From NCBI RefSeq assembly GCF_009914755.1, contig NC_060935.1: a DNA stretch of 64,000 nt; one strand, 5' to 3'. A program made the position numbers and the translations under genes. The stretch's first letter is position 1. The number at the start of each line of letters is the position of its first letter. Positions 29,393 through 43,264 of the stretch are shown piece by piece. The notes beneath the pieces are model-generated. The model was not told the DNA's origin. It searched no databases and saw only the letters and a list, made by a program, of their open reading frames with translations. This stretch comes from the human T2T-CHM13v2.0 reference genome, Homo sapiens.

Positions 29393-30714
29393 TTTGTCCA
29401 AACCTGACAAAAACAAGCAACAGGGAAAGGATTCCCTATTTAATAAATGGTGCTGGGAAAACTGGCTAGCCATATGTAGAAAGCTGAAACTGGATCCCTT
29501 CCTTACACCTTACAAAAAAATTAACTCAAGATGGATTAAAGACTTAAATGTAAGACTTAAAACCATAAAAACCCTAGAAGAAAACCTAGGCAACACCATT
29601 CAGGACATAGGCATAGGCAAAGACTTCATGACTAAAACACCAAAAGCAATGACAACAAAAGCCAAAATAGACAAATGGGATCTAATTAAACTAAAGAGCT
29701 TCTTCACAGCAAAAGAAACTATCATTAGAGTGAACAGGCAACCTACAGAATGGGAGAAAATTTTTGCAATCTATCCATCTGACAAAAGGACTAATATCCA
29801 GAATTTACAAAGAACTTAAACAAATTTACAAGAAAAAAACAAACAACCCCATCAAAAAGTGGGCAAAGGATATGAACAGACATGTCTCAAAAGAAGACAT
29901 TTATGTAGCCAACAGGCATATGAAAAAAATGCTCATCACTGGTCATCAGAGAAATGCAAATCAAAACCACAGGGAGATACCATCCCATGCCAGTTAGAAT
30001 GGTGATCATTAAAAAGTCAGGAAACAACAGATGCTGGAGAGGATGTGGAAAAATAGGAATGCTTTTACACTGTTGGTGGGAGTGTAAATTAGTTCAACCA
30101 TTGTGGAAGACAATGTAGCGATTCCTCAGGGATCTAGAACTAGAAATACCATTTGACCCAGCAATCCCATTACTGGGTATATACCCAAAGGATTATAAAT
30201 CATGCTACTATAAAGACACATGCACACGTATGTTTATTGTGTCACTATTCACAATAGCAAAGACTTGGAACCAACCCAAATGTCCATCAATGATAGACTG
30301 GATAAAGAAAATGTGGCACATATACACCATTGAATACTATGCAGCCATAAAAAAAGGATGAACTCATGCCCTTTGCAGGGACATGGATGAAGCTGGAAAT
30401 CATCATTCTCAGCAAACTGTCACAAGGACAGAAAACCAAACATCACATGTTCTCACTCATAAGTGGGAGTTGAACAATAAGAACACATGGACACAGGGAG
30501 GGGAACATCCCACACTGGGGCCTGTTGTGGGAGGGCTCGGGGAGGGATAGCGTTGGGAGAAATACTTAATGTAAATGATGAGTTGATGGGTGCAGCAAAC
30601 CAACATGGCACATGTATACCTATGTAACAAACCTGCACGTTGTGCACATGTACCCTAGAACTTAAAGTATAATAATAATTTTAAAAATAATAATAAATTT
30701 TAAAAAAAAATAAA
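29393..30714 (+). mobile_element. 5'-truncated L1PA (about L1PA5-7): ORF2 C-terminus plus 3'UTR, inactive
   Basis: ORF 29394-29819 is L1 ORF2 ([29 protein letters not shown]), frameshifted; 3'UTR ends gtaccctagaacttaaagtataat followed by an A-rich tail. Confidence 0.97.
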
Positions 30715-32462
30715 AGCCACTATACTTTAAAAAAAAAGAGTTGGTGTGATAAATAAGTGAGATAATACATATCAAGTACTCCATGTAAATATACCCATCT
30801 ATGGTAAACAATAAATAGTATTATAATTGTTTAAAAAAAAAAAAAAGTTTGTCCGTAGTGAATTAGTAGCATTGGCAGACTCAAATCCAAGTTTCCTGGC
30901 AATCCCTCTTCCTATAGATAGAAAGAGGACCACCCATCCAGGAAGAAATAAGGAGGGCAGGGAATCTCAGAGGTCCTTCCCAGCCCAAGCCCTGAACAAT
31001 GCCTTCATTGACACCTCTCACCTTTCACTCATCCTGCCTGACCCTTATTCCATCAGCCATCCCAGCGCTGGCTGCAGAATAAGATCTCACCTGACAAGCC
31101 TCTAAAGTTCAGACCTCACCTGGCCCTGGGACTCTCCAGCAAGACACAACTCGGAAGGGCCGGCCCAGCACTGGTGCAGGCTTCCCCAGGGCTGCCCGGT
31201 TCTGGCCAGAACTCTGAAGTGTAGCAGTACGTGCCCTGGAGGATCTAAAATCCATCTCAAGTTCTCAAAGCAAACAGAAGATGTGTTTGGTGGTTCTGTT
31301 GGCCAGAGTACACTAGCACCAGCTGGAACTGAGACAGACACCCAGCAACCCTGTCCCGTTCTCCACTGGGCCAAGGGAAGCCACAAGCCCTGCCCCACTC
31401 TCAAGGGCTCAGACCTGGATATGGAAAGCACTCGGGGGTAGTGACAGAGAATCCAAGGTCTCTTGAGGGTAAGTGGGGACACCACCGCCACCACCGCCAC
31501 GGGTGGGAAGGAGAAAGAAGGGCTGCTGTTTCCCCAGGAGGCTGCACCCTGCCCTGGGGAGGAGGCAGCTCCCCAGAGATGACACTTGAGGACTTGGCTT
31601 GGCACCACGAAAGCATACCGCTCAGGGTTTTGTTTCCCCTTTATAAATGGAGGCAGGCGAGGAAAGGAATTCTTTGGCTGAGTAACATAATACTTCTGGG
31701 TCCAGCCCACCAGGCTTGGCCCTGGGAAGAGCAAACAAGCTGCCTACCCTGTCCCAACAGGTTTGTGGACACTCGTGCCCACTGCCACTCACTGTGGATT
31801 CTGGGGAAAGGGGGAAACGTAGATCCCCAAGGGGAGCAGAGATGTTGGGGAAGATCTATAGCCCAGCCCTCAACCCCCCAGGGTGAGGCGACAGCCAGAT
31901 ATTTAGTGTTACCATGCAATCAAACACAACTCCACCCCACCCGCCCTAAGCCATCTCAGCTCCCACTTTCCTCACTGACCTGGGCCTCAGAGCCCAGCTG
32001 TAAGTCCAAGGTTTATGCTCACAAGCCCCACAAGCTGCACGATTTCCCAAATGCTCTTCACCCAGGCTGAGGACCTCCCCCGCAGAAGAGTTCTGCATGT
32101 CACAAAGCCAGAAGCAAATACCCAGAGCCACAAAGAAAATGTTAATAACCACCAGATATATTTTTGCAAAGTACTTTTGAAAGATATTATTTCCATTCTC
32201 ATAACAACTTCCCAGGTTAGCCATTATTATCACCCCATTTTAAACATAAGGAAGCAAGGGGCTCACAGAAGTGTCTACAGAAATGGCTAAGTCAGGTCTT
32301 GAGCCCAATCCGTCTTACTCTTCATTTCACCCTCGATCAGTAGCTGCAAATCCAGCACCCTGATTATCTGAATTTGGTGATCAATAGAACTGGTGACGAC
32401 CACCTCCAGCTTTGTAACTCCTGGCTTTTTAGACCTGGCAACTGGATAAATGGGGGACTTTT

Positions 32463-32783
32463 GGACAGGCACAGTGGCTCACGCCTGTAATCCCAGCACT
32501 CCCAGCACTTTGGGAAGCTGAGATGGGTGGATCACCTGAGGTCAGGAGTTCAAGACTAGCCTGGCAAACATGGCAAAACCCCATCTCTACTAAAAATACA
32601 AAAATTAGCTGGGCGTGGTAGTGGGCGCCTGTAATTCCAGCTACTCAGGGGGCTGAGGCAGAGAGAATCGCTTGAATCTGGGAGACGGAGATGGCAGTGA
32701 GCCGAGATCTCACCATTGCACTCCAGCCTGGGCAACGAGAGCAAAACTCCGTCTCAAAAAAAGAAAAAAAAAAAAACAAAAGA
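32463..32783 (+). mobile_element. AluS
   Basis: Full Alu with a short internal duplication tcccagcactcccagcac. Confidence 0.95.
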
Positions 32784-32859
32784 AGGGCTTTCACCTAACA
32801 GGCCTGAGGGGTCCAGGCAGACATGGGTGCAGACCGTACCTGACCTTGCTGGCCCAGGG

Positions 32860-33065
32860 GCAGGCGGCTAGCCCAGCCCCTCCCCCGGCAGGTGCCCCTT
32901 CACCTTCCCGCGCCTGCCCCTCCAGTCCACACACCCAGGCAAGGCGCCCTCGAGCGAGCGCCGTTTGTTTTGCTGAGAGTTTCCGTTGGCTCGCGTGTGG
33001 GTGTTTGTTGTATTTCTCCGGCAGATGGCAGACAGCATGCCCTCCCCACCATCACCCCGCCCCAC
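32860..33065. promoter_or_regulatory. Small CpG-rich, GC-rich patch; candidate promoter/enhancer
   Basis: Local CpG cluster (cccgcgcc, ggcgccctcgagcgagcgccg, ctcgcgtg) in otherwise CpG-depleted DNA; GC-box-like ccccgccc at ~33055; Forkhead-like TGTTTG/TGTTTT. Confidence 0.45.
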
Positions 33066-36057
33066 CATCACCCTGCCCTGGGGCTGTGTGGCAAGCAGAT
33101 GCTGCAGGGCAGAACAAAAGCCTAGCAGGTGAACAGCCCTGTCTGCGGAGACTTTTATCCAACCCAAGTCGCAGACAATATCTTTATAAAATTCCTTTCA
33201 ACTCCCTCATCATCTGGAACTCTTCCTGCCTGGCTCCCAACCTGCTGCAGCCCCCAGCAGCCCCCACCCTCAGAAGAACATCTGCTCCTCTGACAGGGCA
33301 CAGGACACGGTGTTCCAAAGAGCAATTTTTTCTTTGGCTTCCATCCACTACACCCCCTCAGAGCCCAGAGACCCCCTGCTCCCAGAAGCTTCCTGCAAAA
33401 CGGGAGGAGTGTATTGATCTGTGGAATGGAGGAGATCATTCTCCTCCTCCAGTGCTCAGAACTCCTCAGCAAAAATGACCCTCAGTTTTTACCACCCCTG
33501 AAAAACCCCAGATGAGTCCAGGGACTCCTGCCAGGAACTGGGTTGGGGGATGAGGGGGATGCTGGAAAGGGATGGAGTTTCTCAATTTCTAAAGCTATTG
33601 TTTCTCATTCCCAAATCACCATGCTCCAATCTGGGCCCAAGAGCTGTGCTCAACTTGAGGACTGGTGTGGCTCCCTCTGCAAGAAGGTTAGGCCAATGCC
33701 AGTGAACCAGCCACTGAAGGCTGGAGGGGCCGGAGAGCCTCTGAGCATCCTCACCGCCTTGCCTGAGGCTAGAGCTACAACAGCGAGTGCCTAGACCCCC
33801 ACCTGTATCCCCATTGCATCCCCACCACTACCCAGCAGCTCAGGAGCAGGCTCTTCCCTCCACTCCTAGGCGACACTCTGCAGTTTCCATCCTGGGGTCT
33901 CTTACTTGCTTCTGCTACTCTGCCCAGTTTCTCGTGTTGATAGCTTAGCTACTCAGCCTTCCTGGGTTTTCTTTTCAGCCCTGGTCATATCTTTAATGAT
34001 CTCTATCCTCAACATGTCTAATAGCCCAAGGACCAAGCTCATTCCACTCTCATCCTCAACCCAGATCTGCAGGACCCCAGCCAGGCCCATAGCCCCCCAA
34101 GCAGAGGGGAACTGACAGCTATGACTCTGACTATACTAGACAACATTCTACACCCACCAGGAAGTAGAGCCTTGGAGATGTCCAAGCTGACCCTGTTATT
34201 AAGGGCTGAGAAGCAGTTGTAGATGCTGCTTAAAGGAAGAGGGGAAGGGGGCTGCCAGGGCAGCCACAGAGGCATCAACAGACGGGACACAGAGGTCTCT
34301 GGTGTCACCCTGATGGCAGTTCTGCAAGTGCTGACACGGGGTCCCAGAGTCCCTAGACCTAACTTTGTGGGTTAGACATCTGACTCCAATTTGTGTGGGC
34401 CAAATTCTAGCCTGGAACTTGGGCCCCAATATGCACAATCTGTCTTCCCCACAGCCCCTGAGACACCATGTGAGCCAGGGCACACAGCCAGCCTGCACCC
34501 TGCCCTTCTCAACAGGAATTCCTTGGCTCATGCAGCCTCCACCTCTGGCCTGACTCTGTTCTTTCTCTGTGAAACCTTCCTCGACCCCTTCAGTTAGCCT
34601 CTGTCCAAAGCCAGGCACTCTCATGGGCCATTTCCCCCAGCGCTTACCAAATGTTGCCAGGTATTTTAGTTATCTGGGTAAACATCTTCTCTGTAAACTC
34701 CTCAACAACAGAGACATTTTATTCATCTCCATTCTCACCCACCACCGCCAGCACCTAGCTCTGCACCTTGCCAAGAGTAAACATTAAACATTTTCTGGAT
34801 CAATAAACTCAGGATAATCCTCCCAAGTCCTTATTCTGAATGGCCACAGGAAAACCAAAACATTTCCTCATCTCCTTGGTGACCCCATACATTACCCTAA
34901 GCTTCAAAAGAGAGGATGCTAAAGAAGGCGTGATGTGGTCAGGGGGTCCCTGGATATGTGAACCTCCCCCGTCCTAACTGGACACTGTCTTAGGTTTCCA
35001 TTTATACCTTCCCGGTGGCACCTCTGTCCCTGCTGTCCTATCCATCCACCAGAAATCTCTGGCCAACACATTAAACATATTTTCAAATCCCCAATTCCCT
35101 GAACTTAAGGGAAAGCAGGCTGCCCCGGCCTGGGTACTGGGTGTTACCTGACTAGCACGTGGGCTGCCCCCTGTCCCGCACACCCACCCGCTGGGCAGCT
35201 AAGCCTCTGCGGTTGGGACCCCAGGGAGGCTTCCTGGTGATTTGCATATAATCACACAATGCCAGGCACAACAAAGCCACTCAAACAGCAGAGCCTTCTC
35301 AGCTGAGTTTAAAGTTTAATCTCCTTAATACAAAAGTTTCTGCTTTGCTTTTGATGGGTTCTGGAACTCTTGCTGATGATGCTAAACAAATAGTCACCCT
35401 TTCTCCCCCTCTGGAGGCTTTGCCCAGCGCATTGTGGCAGCACAGGCCCCAGTTGTTGTGGTTTACGGGCCAGACCTGCACCTGCACTGTTTGTGTGAGC
35501 TCATCTGGATGCCCAGAAGGGCTCTTTAAAGAGAGCCCAGCACAGCCGCAGATGGAGCAGGAGAAGACACCAGCCCAAGGACTGCTACAACCCTTGGCCA
35601 GACACCAGCTCAAGGCTGCCTGTACTCTCGGTGCCCCCCACCGCCCTCTACTTCCCTTACAGAAACATTCATCCCCAAGTCCTCCTCCCAGAACCCAGCT
35701 CCCTCCTATGTGTCTCTCAGGACCTTCCTCTTCCAGATGCCGTCCAGCCCCCTCGTACTTCCCCTCCCAGACTCACACCCCCTCTCAGTTTCTGCACACT
35801 TTGCCTCATCATCTGGAGGCCATTCCTAGGTCAGTTTTCCTATTTACTTCAGCACTTCACCTATAGGAGTCATAGAGCCATCCCAAGCAAAGAGCCTCTA
35901 GAAGACCCTTTCAAAGACATGCTCAGCACTTTACGTTTTGGCTCCAGCTCCTCCGCCCGGTCGTTTTGAGAATGAGCCATGATCCTCCATCTCTCATATT
36001 GATGCGGGAATTGGAAGTTGGTCATTGAACTGGTGGCCTGAATAGGGGTGCCCCGGC

Positions 36058-36494
36058 CATCTTGGTTATCTGTTTTTGTGTAGCAAACAATCTCAAAACT
36101 TAGCAGCCTAAGACAACGGTTGTTTTATTTTATCTCACAGTGCTGTAGTTCAGAAACCTGTTCAGGGCTCAGCTGGGTAAGTCTGCTCTGTTGGCATTGG
36201 CTGGGGTTACTCTGTGATCTGGGATCTAAGATGGTTTCATTTTCATGGCTGGTGACTTAGTGAGTATGGCTAAAAGGCTTGGCTCAGCTGGGACTGTTGA
36301 GCAAAGGGCCTGCACATGGCCTCTCCAGCCTAGCAGATCAAGGCTCCCAGAGAGAGTGTCCCAAAAGAACTCTGCAGAAGCTTCAAGCCTTCACATGACC
36401 TAGGCTCTAAAATCCCAGAATCTCACTTCTGCTACATTCTATTAGTCAAGCAGATTCAAAAGAAAAGAAATTGCAACATCTTTAATCTGTCACA
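36058..36494 (-). mobile_element. MLT1 (G/H-like) MaLR LTR
   Basis: ggttatctg...caaaacttagcagcctaa...ggctcagctggg...cacttctgctacattctattagtcaa. Confidence 0.8.
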
Positions 36495-37904
36495 CCAGCT
36501 AAAGAGGTCTTTTCAGAAGCCACCAGCCCCTGTAACTAGTTCAGAGACAGAGTTTCCTGGTCCCAATGTCTAAATAACCTATCCTTGCAAATAGAACATC
36601 ACAGTTACCAGCCTGCATGTACTAGGAGCTGACATCCTTTCCATTCTTTCCCCAGAGACTCAAACCAACATCCTACCCCTGGGCGGTGTCCCCATTTGAC
36701 CCCGTTTGGCCTGCCTCTTACCTACCTTGGCTGTTGGCAGGAACTTTGGTTTTTCTCAGTTGCTGCCAGACCTAGATCTGCCCTTTTCAGATTTTTGTTC
36801 ACAGATAGCTTTAGATGGGAGATAAGGAAGCTTGAGTCAGGTCAGTGCTGAGGCGAAGATGCTGCCCCAAGACAGGGGGAATGCCCCAGACTTGTCCCAT
36901 CCAGCCCTTGCAGAATGGCACCAGCAACAAGCACCTGCTGTAGAGAAGGGTTGTCACTATGTTGCAGCTCTGAGACTCTACAGAAGTCAGAGGTGGGTCA
37001 TGGAGATGAGGGGACAAGGAGAGTGAGGAGGGGATAGGTGACTATCTGCCACACCACTTAGGTACTGAGTCACATCAACATGTATGCAATACCTGGTCAG
37101 ACAGGCACCCGCAGACCCATCTGGCCCAGACCAGCTGCACTTTCCCAGGCTTAGGCTGGGAGTGGCAGTCATCTGGCAGAGTCTTGGTTCCTGGAGTGAG
37201 GGCACAAGGTCACACAGGCCAGGGCCAGAGACCGCTCTCTTTTCTTTTTTTTTTTTTCACAAATACATTTCAAATGTTATTATGAAATATGCAAGCCATA
37301 CAAAAAGGAATGAAGAATACAATAATAAACACCCATGTACCCACAACCTAACTTAAGAAATAAAATATTAGCAAAGAAAATCTCATAATGTAATATCTCA
37401 GGGCTCTGGGGAGTAGGGGAGAGAACAGGGTCTGCTCATGTTCCCACAGGAAGGAAGGAGTATTGAGAAGGAAGAGAGAAGCAAACTAGAGCATCAGCAG
37501 CGGCTCCTCCGAGAGAGAGATGGCTCCTTGAGCACCAGAGTCAAGGGAGATTTTATGGGCTTGGGAACAGACCACAGAGAATACACCACCCTTCTTCTTT
37601 CAACTCTCAGCTCAGAGACTTCCCAGATCCCACAGTCTGAATTAGTCATGAGTTCCTTAGAGATGCCTTACGGATTGACTTCTCTGTCCTTGTCTGCTCT
37701 TGGGCTGTTTATAATATATCCATGCCTCTCCCACGCCTGACTATAAACTCCGTGACTGTGCCTCGCTTTTGATCTCATGAAGTTCTTGTACAGGGTAAGA
37801 ACTCCTTGTTATTGACTTGAATGTGTGACTAATCCTGGGAAACCCCCATGGTTGACGGGCAGGGGACAGAAGCATTAACAGAAAGGGAAAAGCAAAGCGA
37901 GTTG

Positions 37905-38208
<304 letters not shown>

Positions 38209-38239
38209 AGTGAGTTGAACATAAGAGACCAGAGCATAG

Positions 38240-38636
38240 CTAACACCCAGACTTTGGTTTCTAATAACATTCTCCAATAAAAAGGAACCAGAACTCCTTG
38301 GGGATATGGCCAATTCTAGGACGGGGACAGGAAATATACGAGATGAGATCAGGTGCGGTGGCTCACGTCTGTAATCCCAGCAATTTGGGAGGTCGAGGCA
38401 GGTGGATCACTTGAGGTCAGGAGTTTGAGACCAGCCTGGCCAACATGGTGAAACCCCATTTCTATAAAAATACAAAAAATTAGCCAGGCATGGTGGTGCA
38501 CAGCTGTAGTCCCAGCTACTCAGGAGGTCGAGGCAAGAGAATCACTTGAGCCAGGGAGGTGGAGGTTGCAGTGAGCCAAGATCGAGTCACTGCACTCCAG
38601 TCTGCATGACAGAGTAAGATTGTTTCAAAAAAAATG

Positions 38637-38681
<45 letters not shown>

Positions 38682-39680
38682 GATGAGCCTGGGGCATCTT
38701 ATAGTGCCAAAAATATAAGGAAGTACTCGAAAAACAACAACAACAACAACAACAACCCACAATCATGAGGTATGTCAAAAGGACCCAGTAGCCAACTGGC
38801 AGAGCTCACAACAACCAGCACTGGATCATTTTGAAAGACAGGGAAAAAAAAAACTCTCTATCTAAATCTAAAGTATGAAATGAATACCTATAAGTCCATA
38901 TTGATATAAATAAATGTTCACGTGAATAAATAAAAATGAAGAAGCAACAAATCTCACATGCAGAAGAATCTCAAATAACTTGCATTCGATTAACTTACGT
39001 TAATTTCAAATAACTTAATTCCACCCTCGGGGAGGGATAAGGCAACTGCCCACTCCTTAAGTGTGGGCTGTACATAGTGATTTTCTTCCAATGAGCATAG
39101 TGTGGAAAGGGAAAAAGAGTAACCTCTACAGTGGAGGAAACCTGGCCAACGCTACCTCAGCCAGGTGATCAAGGTCAACACCAACAGTGATACATCATGT
39201 TGATTGCATGTACCCTTCATACAACGTGATGAAAATGGCACCTTGCCTCTGTGGTCTTCCTCTCAAAAACCCACACCTCCAGTCCAAGCGTTAGAAAAAC
39301 ATCAGATAAATCCTAACTGAGGAACATTCTACAAAATATCTGACCAACATTCCTCAAAACTGTCAAGGTCATCAAAAACAAGGAAAATTTGAGAAATTCT
39401 CTCAACTGAGAGTAGGCAAAGCAGACATGATGACTGGATGTCATATGTGGTCCTGGAACAGAAAAAGACAATAGGTAAAACTAAGGAAATCAGAACAAAG
39501 TATGGGTTTCAGTTAATAATAATGTATTGGTTCATTAATTATAACAAATGTACCATATTAATGTAAGCAGTTAATAAGAGAAGAAGCTGGGTGTGAGGTA
39601 TATGAGAACACTGTACTATCTTTTGAAATTTTTCTGTAAATCTAAAACTGTTCTTAAAAAATAAAGTTTTTCAAAAAAAT
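38240..39680 (+). mobile_element. L1MC-like 3' end, interrupted by AluS (38345-38635) and (CA)n (38641-38679)
   Basis: ttggtttctaataacattctccaataaaaggaaccag...aaactgtcaaggtcatcaaaaacaagg...ttctgtaaatctaaaactgttct. Confidence 0.8.
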
Positions 39681-40314
39681 ATCAGCACATTCTAGGAAAA
39701 ACTTACATAACTTAAAAACAGAGGGAAAAAAAAGAGAGACAAAAGGGACTTTGGGATCATGGAAATTAAGTCGTCCCCCACCTGTCAGACCAGTGGAAAG
39801 TCAGGTAAAATCAGAACTGAAAGTGACATCCCGGGGGCACTGCCAGGGTCCTGAGAGAAGGCAGTTTGGGGATACAGTGAAAGTCAGACAGCTGGGGGCA
39901 ACAGGACGAGGACCTGGGTGCAACAAGTGTAGGGCAGCAATCAGAAAGCGTGGTCTTTAGGTATGGGCATAGATGAAGCAGGAAGCCTCACTTAGAAGCC
40001 TCCAGCTCGAGGACGCTTAGCAACACAGGTGAGTATTTAAAACAGTGCAGAGTGGGGAGTAAGAAACCAGGGTGAGACAGCACAACCACCTCTGCAAGCA
40101 TTTAAAACGGACATGTGCCTAAACGATGCCTGCTTTGCAGGAACTCACAGACACACATTTGGTTTAACAGAATTATTTTTTATGGGGAGATGGAAATAAG
40201 AATAAATGGAGAAAAATAAATGAACAAAATAGGAGAAGTTTCCTGCCCAAACCACACCAGCAATGACAATGTTCCATGAACTGAGTGTAATTAATTCAAA
40301 CCACTACCCTGAGG

Positions 40315-40480
40315 GGTGTGTGTGTGTGTGTGTATGTGTGTGTAGAGACAGTGTGTGTATGTATGTGTGACTGAGAGACAGAGAGAGAGGAGAGGAGAGG
40401 GAGGGAAGAGGAGAGAAGGGGAGGGGAAGGCAGGGGAGGGGAGGGGAGAGAAGACATAGGAGAGAAAGGAAAAGAAACAG
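40315..40480. repeat. (TG)n followed by GA-rich purine tract
   Basis: Direct reading of the sequence. Confidence 0.9.
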
Positions 40481-40494
40481 GAGAGTCCTAAGAG

Positions 40495-40860
40495 GCAATG
40501 TCTCACTTATTTGTGGAATCTAAAGATCAAAACAATTGAATTCATGGACATAGAGAGTAGAAGGATGGTTACCCGATGCTGGGAAGAGTAGTGGGGGGCT
40601 GGGAGGGAAGGTGGGGATGGTTAATGGGTACCAAAACAAATAGAAAGAATGAATAAGACCTACTATTTGATAGCACAACAGGGTGACTATAGTCGATAAT
40701 AACTTCATTGCACATTTTAAACTAACTTAAAGATTGTTATTGAATTGTTGGTAACTCAAAGGATATGTTTTTTGACACATGAGATGTTTTAATACATAAT
40801 ACCCCATAAATATATACACCTACTATGTACCTACAAAAATTTAAAAAATAAAAATTAAAA
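40495..40860 (+). mobile_element. L1MA 3' end
   Basis: ctcacttatttgtggaatctaaa...gatagcacaacagggtgactatagtc...tacacctactatgtacc followed by an A-rich tail. Confidence 0.88.
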
Positions 40861-42755
40861 AGTAGAAGAAGAGGTAAGGGAATCAAATGAGATTTTTTTC
40901 AGAACTGGATGAAAGGCAACAGAAAAAGGAATGGTGGAAAGAGGGTGGCTGAAGACGTTAGGAAAGAAAGGCAGGAGAGCGCAGCAGTAAAAGCTGGCGT
41001 GGGGGATTCCTCTGTGAGAGGCAGGGGAGTGGTCAGGCTCTCTCCAAGGCAACGGTCAACCAAGAAAGTTTGTTTTTGAAAACCATAACCTTCTCTGTCA
41101 AACGGGACAAATAGGACATAAGCCTTAGAGGACAAAGACAATAGATATTGGTGAGGGGATAGAAGAAGCAGTGGCGAAGAAGAGAGATGGGGAGCCCAAC
41201 GGCTACCCTCATGGTACCGTGCTAAGGTTAAGGTTGCCCTCGTGGTACAGTACTGTGAGGAAATTACTGATGGGTATTGGGGACTTGCCCTCATTCTGCC
41301 ATCAACCAGTTATGTGACCTTGTGAAAATCCCAAACCTCTCTGAGCCTCAGTTTCCTCATCTTTAAAATGAGATGTTGGAATGAACACGCTCCCTTCCCT
41401 AATCCAGCAGTTAATGCAGTCTGGGAGTTCATGCAGGAAGGAAGACTAGTGGCATTACCTCCTTGAGGCTGGATTCACAGCAAAGCCTCCAGCATCTATA
41501 CCTCCACTCCTATTGTGTATCGTGCCAACAGGGTCCGGGGATCCTCTGAGCCTTTTCAGCCTGTGTGGGCTGTCACACAGCTCAGTTCCACATCTTTCAT
41601 CGTGCCCTCCTTTGTTATATACGTGGCCCTATAAGGGCAGTCCTCTGTATTCCCACAGGACTGAGCCTAGGAAAGAGGTTCATTAAGTATTTTGCCACAT
41701 TCTAGGCCCAACATATCCCCAATTGCTAAAGGCTCTGAGGCAAGACATTTCAAAGCAGAGAACAATTGTTCTCTAATTAGGATCTGATTTTTAATTTAAA
41801 CTTCAACCTGAAAAGCAACCTGAACTCTATTTTAGTCTTTTCCGGTTTGCCATTCCTAGAAATCCTGTCCAGTGACCTGACCTTGTGGGAATTTTCCATC
41901 TTGTCTTGTGTTGACTCAGGACAAGACACTTCCTCCCTCTGGGTCTGAGTTTCTTCATCCACAAAATAAAAGAGCTGAAGGACACAGCCCCTAGGATCCC
42001 TTCCAGCTCTACTACTCTCGCCAGTTGGAGTAATCTGAACCTACTTAGGCCCCCAGGACCTTTCACCAGCCAAGTACAACCTCCTTGTCCCACTCACCAG
42101 GTAAGAAGTTACCTTTGAGATGGATTTCACAGAAGGGAGGAGAAGTGCAGAGAGCTAATGGCCATGATTATAATAGAAACAGGATAGAGAGACCACAAGG
42201 TTACAGAACATCCCTTAAGACCTCAGAGCAGTAGGAAGCTTTCCCACCTACCTACCCAGAGCAGAAGGAAGGTTGACAACGTGAACCTACTTTCTACTAC
42301 CTGGGAAATGTATGTGATTGATATGGAGCGAACAGCCTTCAGAGCAAGAATACCTGGGCTCTACCCTGGCCTCACCTCCTATTACTGGTATGATCTTAGG
42401 CAAGTGATTTCATCTTTTTGTTTCTCCATTTCTTAACACAATAAGTGGGGTTCATTACAATGTCAATCTCACAAGGTAGTTGTGAGTACCAAAAAGCGTG
42501 GTGCATATCAAAGTTCCTCGCAAAACTTTGATACTGAAAGCATGGTCCAATGAGGTCAGCCTTCACTGAGAGCTTCTTAGAAAGGCAGAATCTTGGGCCC
42601 CACCCCAGATCACCCATACTGTTGAATCAGAATCTCTGTCTTTAAAAGATCCTCAGGTGATTGGCAGGGACAGGAACGTTTTGGAATTGTTGCAAAACAT
42701 TACACAGATGCTAATCTTACTTCCTATAAAAAATAATTAAGATCATGACACCAAT

Positions 42756-42757
<2 letters not shown>

Positions 42758-42786
<29 letters not shown>
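42758..42786. repeat. (CA)n microsatellite
   Basis: Direct reading of the sequence. Confidence 0.95.
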
Positions 42787-42977
42787 TCCTCCCCTGCAAC
42801 AGCATTTCCTCTTCTCCTTCCACTGGACTCCTCCACGCCCTGCTCACCACTTCCTGCAAGCTCACAGTGCCACCATCTGGACAAACAAAGGCAAAGCAGA
42901 TGACTGAGATGTGCAGGGAAGGACACTCAAGGGCCTGGAACACCCAGAAGAGAAGTGGCTTTGTGGGAGGAAGTCAG

Positions 42978-43113
42978 CCTGTGCTGAACATTATGGTAAC
43001 CACCAGCCACCTATGGCTACTGAGCACTTGAAATGGGGCTACTACAAGCTGAGATATGCTGCATATCCAAATGCACTCTGGATTTGAAAGACTTACTACA
43101 AAAAAAGAATGTA
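42978..43113. mobile_element. MER33-like hAT DNA transposon fragment, abruptly truncated
   Basis: ctgtgctg..tggtaaccaccagccac..gagcacttgaaatg..ggatttgaaagactta..aaaaaagaatgta; stops exactly where the duplicated segment begins. Confidence 0.75.
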
Positions 43114-43264
43114 GCTCCTGGAAGCTAAGTCTTAGTCCTAATTACTGCGTGGCTGTCCCCCCACAGGTAGTCTCTGTCACAACTCACCACCTGCTCCCTG
43201 TGCCCCGGGAACTTTCCTCTCTGGAGCAGGACCCTACAACGCCTCCTTCTGCCACCTCTGCCCT
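43114..43264 (+). repeat. 151-bp direct duplicate of 44528-44678 (intron end plus 5' part of pseudo-exon 2)
   Basis: Ungapped alignment with 9 mismatches (~94% identity). Confidence 0.97.

Noticed and set aside
29394-29997. 141-aa and 77-aa ORFs with convincing protein sequence
   Set aside because: Frameshifted fragments of L1 ORF2 within a 5'-truncated L1PA; not a host gene.
31102-32070. Overlapping 210-aa and 209-aa ORFs on opposite strands
   Set aside because: Chance ORFs of GC-rich sequence with no recognisable protein features.
32672-33478. Longest ORF in the track (268 aa)
   Set aside because: Starts inside an Alu at a non-ATG codon and runs through the poly(A) and GC-rich DNA; no domain-like sequence.
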